A DNA stretch of 64,000 nt from Candidatus Multivoradales bacterium (lineage in GTDB: Bacteria; Acidobacteriota; Thermoanaerobaculia; Multivoradales; J023). The stretch is taken from positions 52,836 through 116,835 of the forward strand of contig CBDFNS010000017.1 of NCBI GenBank assembly GCA_965250305.1, read 5' to 3'. The first letter of the stretch is position 1. Each line of letters opens with the position of its first letter. The translations under genes and the position numbers were made by a program. The notes under the pieces were generated by a model. That model was not told the DNA's origin. It saw only the letters and a list, made by a program, of their open reading frames with translations, and ran no database searches. Below, in pieces: positions 1 through 8,713 of the stretch.

Positions 1-1
1 G

Positions 2-1633
2 GATCCCGATGTGTTGGTGGTCCTCGCGGGCAACAACTGGACCTTGCTCGAAACTCCGGACGCGTCGCCGTTCTCGCCATCGACCCGTGCGCGCCAGCGT
101 CTCGGACGGTCCATCCGTGAGCACGGACTGCGCGGCGCTGTAGCCGACGCCCAGAAGCAGCTCGCGCGTCGGGTCGAGTCGGCGTTCGATGCGATGTCAG
201 CGCTCGCGGATCACGCCCAAGTGCCGATTCTGTGGGTGATTCCCGAGGTCAACATTCGGGATTGGGATGCACACCAGCCCGTTCATCGGTTGCCGGATGA
301 CGGCGTGGCGCAGTGGTATCAGGGGCTCGATCGAGCTCGGCACGCGTTGCGTGAGGCGCAGTTTCGCGCCGCCTTGGATTCCGCGGAGACGATGCTGATG
401 ATCGATCAGGGCCTTGGGCCCACCGGCCACCGGCTGCGGGCTCGGGCGCTCGACGGGCTCGGAAGGCACCACGACGCTGCCAATGCATGGCGGGCCGCCG
501 TCGACACCACGAGCACGCCTGGGCAGGGTTTCCTGGCGGCACCGCAGGCGTCGACTTGGGTTCAGGAGCGGATCCGATCCGGCGCCCAGGCTCGCGGTCA
601 CGGCTTGGTTGATTTGCCCGAGATTTTCGCCGCCAAGATGGAGTGGTTGGCTCCTGATCGTCGTTTGTTTCTCGATTACTGCCACTTCAACGGAACGGCC
701 ATGCGCATGGTCGCCGAAGCGGTTGCGGATGGGGTGTGTCGACAACTCCGGCTACCAAAGGTCGATCACCCAATCAGCCCGATCGGAGGGCCGGTGGAGG
801 CGACGGCGCGCCTCGGTGCGGCACTGCACACGGCGCATCGCTTGCCACCCGTTGATCGGGTTGGCTTTCGTGCGACGCTTGCTCAATGGTGTCGCGAAGC
901 CCTCGACGCCTCACCGGTCCATGCCGACGAGGCCATGAGAGCGGTGGCTTCGGCCCGAACCGGCGGCCTTCCCGCGGTTCTGGATGCCGCGCAAACGGAC
1001 CAACTGGAGAGCAGCGCCCCGCTTCAAATTCAGCACGGCTGGCGCTGGCCTCACCTCGACCCTGACTGCCTCGATGCCCTGACCGTCGCGGCAGAGGGCA
1101 AGACCCCGGTGGTTGATCAAGCGCGACTGGTGGCCCATTTGGGGATCGGGCAAGAAGGGGCGGACCTAACCCGCCCGCCGTTCTTGTGGTCGCCGGTCGA
1201 GCGTTTCTTGCCCGACGCGCTCAGTGCGGAACCGGCCGCGTTTCTGAGAGCCACGAAGCCCCGCACTCGGTTCGCCCTGGTCACCGATGGGCGCTGTGAT
1301 CTGGAGGTATCGGTGGTTGCCCGTCGGTCCAGCGACAGTGAAGAGGCGTCGCCCTTTCTGGACCTCTATCTCGACAGTGCTGACGGCGAGCGCGACGAGG
1401 GGCGTCACCATGTCGGCACGATGCCTTTGACTGAGACCTGGTGCCAGCATAGCTTTGATCTACCGCAGACCTGGCTCGGGTTTGGGTACCAGTGCCTCAT
1501 CGTGCAGTGGTCGCTGCCAACGTCCTGTTCCACACCTTTGGCGAAGGTGATCGCGCGCCTCGAAATGGGCCACGAAGCCAGCCTTCATCCGGTTTTCGGT
1601 GAATTGTTCTCACTTTGGGTGCGGAAAGCCTAG
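2..1633 (+). CDS. SGNH/GDSL-type hydrolase-like protein, 5' partial (open to the window edge)
   Basis: The frame is open from base 2. The N-terminal DPDVLVVLAGNNW and the later LFLDYCHFNG (DxxH-like block) resemble SGNH hydrolase blocks. The remainder was not recognised. Confidence 0.5.
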   Translation, partial: DPDVLVVLAGNNWTLLETPDASPFSPSTRARQRLGRSIREHGLRGAVADAQKQLARRVESAFDAMSALADHAQVPILWVIPEVNIRDWDAHQPVHRLPDDGVAQWYQGLDRARHALREAQFRAALDSAETMLMIDQGLGPTGHRLRARALDGLGRHHDAANAWRAAVDTTSTPGQGFLAAPQASTWVQERIRSGAQARGHGLVDLPEIFAAKMEWLAPDRRLFLDYCHFNGTAMRMVAEAVADGVCRQLRLPKVDHPISPIGGPVEATARLGAALHTAHRLPPVDRVGFRATLAQWCREALDASPVHADEAMRAVASARTGGLPAVLDAAQTDQLESSAPLQIQHGWRWPHLDPDCLDALTVAAEGKTPVVDQARLVAHLGIGQEGADLTRPPFLWSPVERFLPDALSAEPAAFLRATKPRTRFALVTDGRCDLEVSVVARRSSDSEEASPFLDLYLDSADGERDEGRHHVGTMPLTETWCQHSFDLPQTWLGFGYQCLIVQWSLPTSCSTPLAKVIARLEMGHEASLHPVFGELFSLWVRKA

Positions 1634-1925
1634 GTTTCCTCGGGATGGCTGGGTCGCCGATCCATTCAATTTTCTGTATTTTGATTCATAAATATGGATC
1701 ACGTGTCTGCTCCGTTCAGATGATTGGGTAATCGATATTGGCTCTGAGTAAATATTAGGTGCGTTTAGGGCTAAAGGACTTATTCTTGCCGCCGGACAAT
1801 GTTGCCAGCGCATGAGAACCCGGCCAGGTAAGGCAGGCAGATCCGGCATCAGCCTTGCTATTAAGCTGAGTACGCTACGTGTCGACTCCCGGTCGGTTCT
1901 GGAGAGTGAGGTTGGCTTAGGCTCC

Positions 1926-1974
1926 AGCGCGTCGTTGACGGTGAAAAGGCTGGCCGGGGTCGATCTTTTTGTTG
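1926..1974. repeat. 49-bp direct repeat, copy A (partner at 4369-4417)
   Basis: agcgcgtcgttgacggtgaaaaggctggccggggtcgatctttttgttg matches 4369-4417 at 48 of 49 positions in the same orientation. Confidence 0.9.
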
Positions 1975-2232
1975 GCCTTTGCGACGCTTTCGAAGGCTTT
2001 GACGAGACACGATCGTCTCCAGCGATGGCGTCGCGGCAACCGGAAGACGCCCCCCCCTCACGGCTTGGTATCTGGAGCGCCTTGGCTCCAGAACGCGGCA
2101 CGAGCGATTCGCCCAAAAAAATCAGGGCGCACCAACAGATTGGGTGGCAGGCGCGTTCTACTGGGTGTGAGTCACATCATCGCAATCCAAGACGCCGGGC
2201 GACAGGAGCGAGCTGTCGCGAACCGTTCCGAT

Positions 2233-2772
2233 GTGTTGGGTGAACTCTTCGATGAACACCACGACAGGCTTTATCGCCTGGCTCGGCGGCTGAGTCGGCA
2301 TGCGGAAGACGCCCGGGATCTCGTGCAAGAGACCTTCCTGCGTGTCGCTCGTCGCCCCGACTCGCTGCCGCAACGAAGTTCAGAGGCCGAAGCCTGGTTG
2401 GTAACGGTGTTGGTGAACTTGACCCGCGACCGGGAGCGCCGTCTTTCGGTTCGGCGTCGTTACGCTCTCGAGGAGGTGCCGATGGCGACCCCGATGAGGC
2501 CTCCTGATCCCGAGTCGGCCGCGGTTGCCAGGAGCACGGTGCAGGGGGCGCTGGCGCGGTTGACATCTCGTCGGCGTGCTGTGGTGGTTCTTCTGGATTT
2601 GGAGGGTTTGTCGGTCAAGCGGGTCGCCGCGCTCTTGGGCGTGGCGCCGGTGACCGTACGCTGGCATCACGCCGCTGGGCGGCGACAGCTCGCACGGTTG
2701 CTCGAAACGCCTGAAACAGCCGAAGGGAAGGAGTGCCATGAAAAGGCGATATCTACGGCCTCACGAGGTTGA
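2233..2772 (+). CDS. ECF-type RNA polymerase sigma-70 family factor
   Basis: Region 2-like DLVQETFLRV and region 4-like LEGLSVKRVAALLGVAPVTVRWHHAAGRRQL are present. I chose the GTG at 2233 as start to give about 179 aa, so the start is uncertain. Confidence 0.8.
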   Translation: MLGELFDEHHDRLYRLARRLSRHAEDARDLVQETFLRVARRPDSLPQRSSEAEAWLVTVLVNLTRDRERRLSVRRRYALEEVPMATPMRPPDPESAAVARSTVQGALARLTSRRRAVVVLLDLEGLSVKRVAALLGVAPVTVRWHHAAGRRQLARLLETPETAEGKECHEKAISTASRG

Positions 2773-3169
2773 GGCGATTCTGCGGCGGGGAGATCCGGCC
2801 GGAGACTGCCGAGGTCTCACGCCCGATGCGGCGGCCATGATGCGGCGGCGAATCGTTGCCGAGCAAGTGCCCGTCTTCGAACAAGCGCAAAGGCTCAGGT
2901 CGCCATCTAGACCGTTTCCAGCATTCGCGATGGCAGCGAGCCTGTTCTCGGTGCTGGTGATTGGGTGGCTGTTCTTGCGACCCGACCCGCCGAGCGTGGA
3001 GCACGAGACCGCTCCCAGGGTGGCCTCAGAGGTTGCCGAAACCGAGCGGCCAACGCGCCAGCTTCAGTTCTCGACGCCGGGCGGCACCCGGATCGTCTGG
3101 CTCTTCCAGGCCGACTTTGAAGTGTCGATCCGTAACCATGACAGGAGGTTGAACGATGGACGTTTGTAG
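2738..3169 (+). CDS. putative anti-sigma factor (single-pass membrane protein)
   Basis: ATG is preceded by AAGGAG and the gene overlaps the sigma gene 3' end. One hydrophobic helix is present (FAMAASLFSVLVIGWLFL). The call rests on position only. Confidence 0.5.
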   Translation: MKRRYLRPHEVEAILRRGDPAGDCRGLTPDAAAMMRRRIVAEQVPVFEQAQRLRSPSRPFPAFAMAASLFSVLVIGWLFLRPDPPSVEHETAPRVASEVAETERPTRQLQFSTPGGTRIVWLFQADFEVSIRNHDRRLNDGRL

Positions 3170-3689
3170 CGCAAGCTTGGTATTGGGTCGGTTTGGTTTG
3201 GTACTGGCTCTTGCCCTTGGGGTACTTCCCGCGGCAGCGCAGGTGGTGCCGATGGCCCCAGAGGCGGAGCCGGAGATCGGAACCACGCTGTTTCAGATCG
3301 TCGTTCTGGTTGGCGGTCAGGAGGATAAAGAGCCGGGGGCCAATGTTCCCGCGAACGCGACGAAGGCCCTCGACGACATTCGTCAGTTCTTGCCGTACAA
3401 GAGCTACCGAATGGTCGATATGGCCTTGATTCGTAGTTTGCGAGAGGGCCGGGGGTTGATGGCGGGTCCGGATGGCGAGGACTACATTGTCGAGTTCAGC
3501 AACAGCCGAACTCGTCGAGCTAGGATTTTGGTCGAGGGGTTCAAGCTCACCGATGGTGACCGGCAAAAAAACCAGGTCTTGATCGACACGTCGTTCGAAG
3601 TCACGATGGGCGAGACGATTGTCGTCGGTTCTTCGAAGCTCGGTGGTGGCGACGAGGGGTTGATCGTTCTATTTACGGCCATTCAATAG
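3156..3689 (+). CDS. secreted hypothetical protein
   Basis: AGGAGG lies upstream of the ATG. The N-terminal signal-like peptide is LVLGRFGLVLALALGVLPAAAQ. The gene overlaps the previous gene's end. Confidence 0.6.
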   Translation: MDVCSASLVLGRFGLVLALALGVLPAAAQVVPMAPEAEPEIGTTLFQIVVLVGGQEDKEPGANVPANATKALDDIRQFLPYKSYRMVDMALIRSLREGRGLMAGPDGEDYIVEFSNSRTRRARILVEGFKLTDGDRQKNQVLIDTSFEVTMGETIVVGSSKLGGGDEGLIVLFTAIQ

Positions 3690-3691
3690 GG

Positions 3692-4111
3692 TTGAGAGTG
3701 ACTCGAGGAGCGTATGGCGCGTTGCCCTTCGGTCTCGGGAGCTTTGCATTGGTGCCAATCAACGGGTCGATTCGATCGACCCGCGTGCTGGGTGACGAGA
3801 CGATGGTGCTCGAGATGTCCAGGACGGGGCCACCTCCGTATCGACGGGAAGAGGTCACGATCGCGTCCGGCGGCGTTTTGTTGGCGGGTACCCTGCTGAT
3901 TGCGGAGGGGAGCGGTCCTCGGCCGGGAATCGTCTTGGTCCACGGCTCCGGCGCCGGGGATCGTACTCACTGGGAGTATCGATCCTGGGCCGATTTTTAC
4001 GCCCGTCGCGGTATTGCTGCGCTGGTCTATGACCGGCGCGGAGAAGGGGACTCGCTGGGAAACGCCGGGTTGCTTGCTTGTGTCAAGAACTTGTCAAGGA
4101 TCGGAGGTTGA
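3692..4111 (+). pseudogene. N-terminal fragment of an alpha/beta hydrolase
   Basis: GIVLVHGSGAGDRT...GIAALVYDRRGEGDS is typical of the first strands of the alpha/beta fold. The ORF stops before any GxSxG nucleophile elbow. Confidence 0.6.
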
Positions 4112-4369
4112 TCCGATTAGGTCGACGCTCGCCAACGCGACTCCGAGGCGCCGGGTATCGACTTCATCTCCGAATCGCTCATTGGGCTGATAGCTGCCGC
4201 TGGCAAGCTCCACGACCAGGTGATCCGTCAACGCGAGTTGACTGAGATCGAGCTCTTCGTGCCACGGTTCTGTTGGGCTCAGGCCCGCGATGCGGCCCGT
4301 GAACAGGCGGGTACCGTTGACCGTGATCCGCAACGTGGTGCCACCCGGCGGTGTGGCAACCAGGGTCAA
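4094..4369 (-). pseudogene. orphan duplicate of the C-terminal domain of the adjacent sulfatase-family gene
   Basis: LTLVATPPGGTTLRITVNGTRLFTGR...DTRRLGVALASVDL aligns with the last ~95 aa of the 4426-6903 product (LSLTVVETPPGGTRLRVTANSVRLFDGR...DTRRLGVALSLVEL). No upstream catalytic part is present. Confidence 0.75.
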
Positions 4370-4417
4370 GCGCGTCGTTGACGGTGAAAGGGCTGGCCGG
4401 GGTCGATCTTTTTGTTG
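4369..4417. repeat. 49-bp direct repeat, copy B (partner at 1926-1974)
   Basis: See copy A. The single mismatch is A versus G at the fourth base of the gtgaaaa/gtgaaag stretch. Confidence 0.9.
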
Positions 4418-4425
4418 TGGCGTGT

Positions 4426-6903
4426 TCAGGAATCGAGTTCGACAAGAGACAGCGCCACGCCCAAGCGTCGGGTGTCGATGGCCTTTTCGAAATGATCGCT
4501 GGGCACGAAGGTGCCGCTGATCAATGTCACCGACAATTCCTTGCCGAACGTGATCCGGTCGAGGTCGAAGGTGGCCGACCAAGGGGTCTCAGGACTCACG
4601 TTGTCGAGCCGGCCGTCAAACAAGCGCACACTGTTGGCGGTCACCCTTAGGCGGGTACCGCCCGGTGGCGTTTCGACCACGGTTAGGCTCAGGCTCCGCG
4701 GAGGTTGTGCCTGGTTGAACATCAGGTTCAGCTCCGCGGCGCCGTCGGTCCAGCGCGTGCGGCCAGTGGTCCAGCGCTCGATCCCATGGAGCCCGCGACT
4801 CGTCTGGCGAATGAGCGCCAGGGGATTCTGGTCGAGGATCGCCGGGCGCAAATGCACGACGTCGGCCGCCGTCTCGATGGTGAATACCGTGACCTCGTTG
4901 ACACCCGGGCGGAATGACCGAGGATCGACCACGGCCGACCACCGGCTGGGGGCAAACGACCAGGTGCGGGTGACCCCGACGATGCGTCCGTCAACCGCGA
5001 CCGCAAGATCCGTTGGCGTTTGCTGCGTTGCCCCGGCGGCGATCAGCTGGCCGCTGATGTGGGCGGGAACGTAGGGTGAATCGGCGCCCAGCTCGAACGC
5101 GTTGAGCGGCAATTCCATCTCGACAGCGAGCGGCGCCGAGTTGGACACCGGCAGCGCATCTACCCGTTCGCCGATCAACACGCGGTGGCGTCCTATGCGG
5201 AAGAGCTCGCGTGCGGCGCCCGCTCCGAAGCGCGCGTCGCGCTGTGCCAGGGCGGTGGCCTCGCCCGCAGCGAGCTCGGCTGGGCTATGGATCCGCAGTT
5301 GCGAGGGTGCGCGCTGGCGGTGGGGAACGATGGCGACGCGTTGGCGGCCCGGTGTCGCCAGGTCGACCATCGAGCGCCCATCGAGCGCCCACGGCGTCTC
5401 GATACCGGCCAGCTCGAGGAGGGTCGGTACGATATCGATCGTCGCCGTCTGCCGGTCGTCGATTCTCCCTTGGCGTTGGCCCGGCGCTTTGATCAGCAGT
5501 GGCACCGGCACAATAGCGGCAAAGTTGGCTCTCGTGAGGCGGCGGCGCTTGCGGCCGGCAACGAAGCTGGCGCCGTGGTCGGCGGTCACGGCAACGACCG
5601 CGCGGTCCCACAGGCCGGCCGCTTCCAGGCGTGCCACCACCTGCCCGACCACCCGATCGACGTAGCCCACCTGCAGGAGGTGCCGCTGATGGATCTGGGT
5701 GATCGCCCACTCATCGTCGGGCATGGTGTCGCGCTTGAGGCCGACCACGTGACCATCGCCGCTGTAGGTCTGCCCGGACGGCAGGTAGTCGAACGGCGGG
5801 TGGGGAAGCAAGACGTGCAGCAGGTGCAAGACCGGGCCGTCGGTGGGTTGGATCCGGTCGAGGAAATGTTCGATTTGGCTGGTGCGGTCGCCGCGGCCGC
5901 GATCCTTCCAGTCGGAGCGCCAGTCATCACGGTCGGCGAACAGCATCCAATTCTCGGACACCGGTGGCAACCCGTTGGCCCACGCCGACGGCAGTAGCAC
6001 GTGGAGATAGAGGATCGCCAGGTCGGAGGCCAGGGCGCGGGCGCGGTTGGCGAGACCTTCGCTGCGGGTGCCGCATAGGCGTGCCGGACAGATCTGGGTG
6101 ACCGATTCAGAGACGTTCATCTCGTAGTCCGCGCCGAGCAGCGTGAACAAGCTTTGCGGATACTCGGGCGCGATCGGCAGGCGGCCTGGCACGGGCATGT
6201 GGCCGGTAAGGATCGACGGCACGGCGAGCACGGTGTAGTCGCTGACCGTGGCGGAATGGCGGTACCAGGTCGCGCGCGCGGCGAGCGCGGCGAAATGGGG
6301 ATAGTTCGCCGCATCGATGGTACGCGGGCCATCGAGCAGCGAGGTCAAGGGTAGCTCGTCGAAGACGATCAGGACGATGGGTGTGTTCGCATTCGACAGC
6401 GCGGGAGCCGCCACCGCTACTTGGCGTTGGCTGAGCATCTTGGAAACACCCGGCCGGAGCATGAAGAGCAGAGGAAAAACCAAGATTGCCGGTGTCAGGT
6501 AGGCAAGAAACAGGCGGGCCGGCCGCTGGCGGCCGAGGGTGGCGGCGGCAGCTACGCCGATCAGCAAGGCAAGGCCGAGCGCCAGCCACGGATCCGGGTG
6601 GAGCCAGCGGCTGATCGGCGGTAGCGCGATTGCCGCCACCAGCGCGCTGCATAGGATCGTGTGGAGGGTGTGCTGCGCGGTTGGGTGGATGCGGCGGACC
6701 AGGGCCTCGAGCAGGATCAGCGGCGTGGGAACCGCAATTGCTAGGGCGAGGATCAGCAGCGCCACATCGAGTGGCGCGAGCCCACGAACGGCCAGGAACT
6801 CGGGCTTGCCGCCGATCAGCTCGAACAGCGGTTGGGCGACCGCGAAGGCGCACAGCACGCCGAGGTGCAGCGCGTCGGAAAGGAAGGCGTGTGGTTGATG
6901 CAT
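4426..6903 (-). CDS. membrane-anchored sulfatase / alkaline-phosphatase-superfamily transferase (LtaS/MdoB-like) with an extra C-terminal domain
   Basis: The N-terminal part has multiple hydrophobic helices. It is followed by IVLIVFDELPLTSLL, LLPHPPFDYLP and VAVTADHGASF motifs typical of the sulfatase fold. Confidence 0.75.
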   Translation of the reverse strand: MHQPHAFLSDALHLGVLCAFAVAQPLFELIGGKPEFLAVRGLAPLDVALLILALAIAVPTPLILLEALVRRIHPTAQHTLHTILCSALVAAIALPPISRWLHPDPWLALGLALLIGVAAAATLGRQRPARLFLAYLTPAILVFPLLFMLRPGVSKMLSQRQVAVAAPALSNANTPIVLIVFDELPLTSLLDGPRTIDAANYPHFAALAARATWYRHSATVSDYTVLAVPSILTGHMPVPGRLPIAPEYPQSLFTLLGADYEMNVSESVTQICPARLCGTRSEGLANRARALASDLAILYLHVLLPSAWANGLPPVSENWMLFADRDDWRSDWKDRGRGDRTSQIEHFLDRIQPTDGPVLHLLHVLLPHPPFDYLPSGQTYSGDGHVVGLKRDTMPDDEWAITQIHQRHLLQVGYVDRVVGQVVARLEAAGLWDRAVVAVTADHGASFVAGRKRRRLTRANFAAIVPVPLLIKAPGQRQGRIDDRQTATIDIVPTLLELAGIETPWALDGRSMVDLATPGRQRVAIVPHRQRAPSQLRIHSPAELAAGEATALAQRDARFGAGAARELFRIGRHRVLIGERVDALPVSNSAPLAVEMELPLNAFELGADSPYVPAHISGQLIAAGATQQTPTDLAVAVDGRIVGVTRTWSFAPSRWSAVVDPRSFRPGVNEVTVFTIETAADVVHLRPAILDQNPLALIRQTSRGLHGIERWTTGRTRWTDGAAELNLMFNQAQPPRSLSLTVVETPPGGTRLRVTANSVRLFDGRLDNVSPETPWSATFDLDRITFGKELSVTLISGTFVPSDHFEKAIDTRRLGVALSLVELDS

Positions 6904-6914
6904 GCGGGTCTAGA

Positions 6915-8712
6915 CCTAAAACAAGCGCATTTGCCGCCTTCGGTACGATTTGGTGTCGAAGTCGGACTCAGAGTCCCCGGCACCCGCCGCATTACCGCCT
7001 GGCCCCTTCATGTTGAGACCCAGCATGGCTGGCGCGAGGCGATTCGAGCCGCTCTACGTCGCGGAAAGCAACGGTTTTGACCATCGACACGGAGCGCAGA
7101 GACACCTCTCCCATCAAGCCAGTCAAACGTAAGTAATTCCGGTGATGAGGCTAGGTGAAACATCGTCGTTTCAAGAGTTGTGTGCCTTGGAGTAAGAGTT
7201 CCGTCCATTGGTTGACAGCCAGCAAGCGAAAGACCAGTTGCCGGCCGCGACTTAGGATCTGTACCGGCGCCAACATCACTTCGTTCAGGAAACGCCGAAA
7301 CTCCATTTTCAAGATCTTTCTTGCGCCCATCGACCGTGGAAGCAGCAGTCCCGACCAAGCTTTGAGATTCCACGCCAGAGCGGCGATTACCAGATACGCC
7401 CAATTCGCATCGAATTGCTGGACCGGCATCCGGGTCGCTTGCACCCCCGTTCTTGAGCTGCTCGATCAGGTTCTCTTGGTTACATCGCGCGTTGTTCTCG
7501 CGCACCACCGCTGCTGGATCCATCTGATCGGCAGGAATGTTGGTGACGTAGAAGAAGTAGCGAACCTCGTCCTCGAGCCGCAACTGGCCTTCTGTGACGC
7601 GAATCTGCTTGCGCAAAACGATCATGCGGTAGGTCTTCTTGGCCTTCGAGGGCTTGTAACTCATCTCGGCGACGTGCTCCTTCTCCAGCGTCAGCTGGCG
7701 GAAACCTCGCTCCTGAATCACGGCTCTCTTCACCTTCTTTGGTCGGCGCCGTTTCGGCTCCCGAACCGGCCGATCCATCGGCGCCCACTGGGCGTCTGCG
7801 AGTTCCTGGGCCCGCCGGACGAAGCTCGGATGCGCATCGATGCCGAACACGAACTCCACGGCGTCCTCCGTCCAGCGATCGAAATTCGTGGTCAGCGAGA
7901 AGTCGGTATCGCCCCGCAGCCGCACGCGCTCAAAGCCGGCACCCTGGCGAGCCCACTCAACTGCCTTGTCGAGCCACGGAGCAGCGCCATCGTGCGACGG
8001 TCGATTGGCCGGGCGGTTGACCAGGAACAGCGGCTCTTGGCTGTTGGCTAGGCTGACCAGCAACGGCCCGAATCCCCAGCGCCCCTTGTAGGAGATGTCC
8101 ATGCCCTCCTTGCACTCCCCCAGAGTGTCGACGAGGGTGCCGTCGACGTCGATCAGCGCCAAGCGACGCTCCTTCTTGGGCTGGGCTCTCCACACGTTCG
8201 TCCGCGCGATGTTGATCGCCTCCATGAGCTGGGTAACGTCTGTAGCAGCGAAGCGGCGCAAGAAGTCACCAGCCGTCGTGGGATCGGGAATACGGCGGGC
8301 ACCCAAGGCGTCGAGAAACGCACTGTCGTGTCGGCGAGCTTCGAGGTCTTCGAGGCACAAACCGCCGCTGAGAAGGTTGTACGCCAAGGCAAGAATGTGA
8401 TCGGACTCGTGGTAGGGAAGGTGACGCTTGAGCAAGCTCACGTTCTCGTCGATGATCTCGCGAAGATCGACGGCCTTGACGACTTCTTGAATCATTCCGA
8501 GGCCGCCACAATTCGTCGCTTCGATCCGGCCCGAGACCTCGTAGCAGATGTTGCCGGACTCGAGGACCGGGTGTTCTCGGTAGGGCTGCCACCTGCGATC
8601 CAAGCGCTTCTCGATCTGGCTTTGACGACGGTCCAAGCAGATAATATCAACAGAATCAGGCGTTTCGGTCGTTTTAGGCAGAATAAAGGGCATTTAATGT
8701 GCTTGGGTTGGG
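6915..8712 (-). mobile_element. IS1380-family insertion sequence (1798 bp) with imperfect terminal inverted repeats and TCTAGA target duplication
   Basis: The ends are CCTAAAACAAGCGCATT (6915 onward) and the reverse complement of 8696-8712, CCCAACCCAAGCACATT. TCTAGA is present at 6909-6914 and again at 8713-8718. Confidence 0.8.
7151..8693 (-). pseudogene. IS1380-family DDE transposase, frameshifted in a homopolymer
   Basis: The N-terminal 415 aa lie in the 7008-8693 frame (…NQENLIEQLKNG). The expected C-terminus (VQATRMPVQQFDANWAYLVIAALAWNLKAW…) continues in the 7151-7444 frame. The switch occurs at the C5 run at 7444-7448. Confidence 0.8.
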
Positions 8713-8713
8713 T

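Noticed and set aside
1940-1975. The ggccggggtcgatc stretch inside the 49-bp repeat looked vaguely like a tRNA T-arm. This raised the idea of a tRNA-fragment att site.
   Set aside because: No acceptor stem, anticodon arm or GTTCRANYC T-loop can be drawn on either strand. The repeat is better explained as conserved sequence from decayed paralogs of the sulfatase-family gene.
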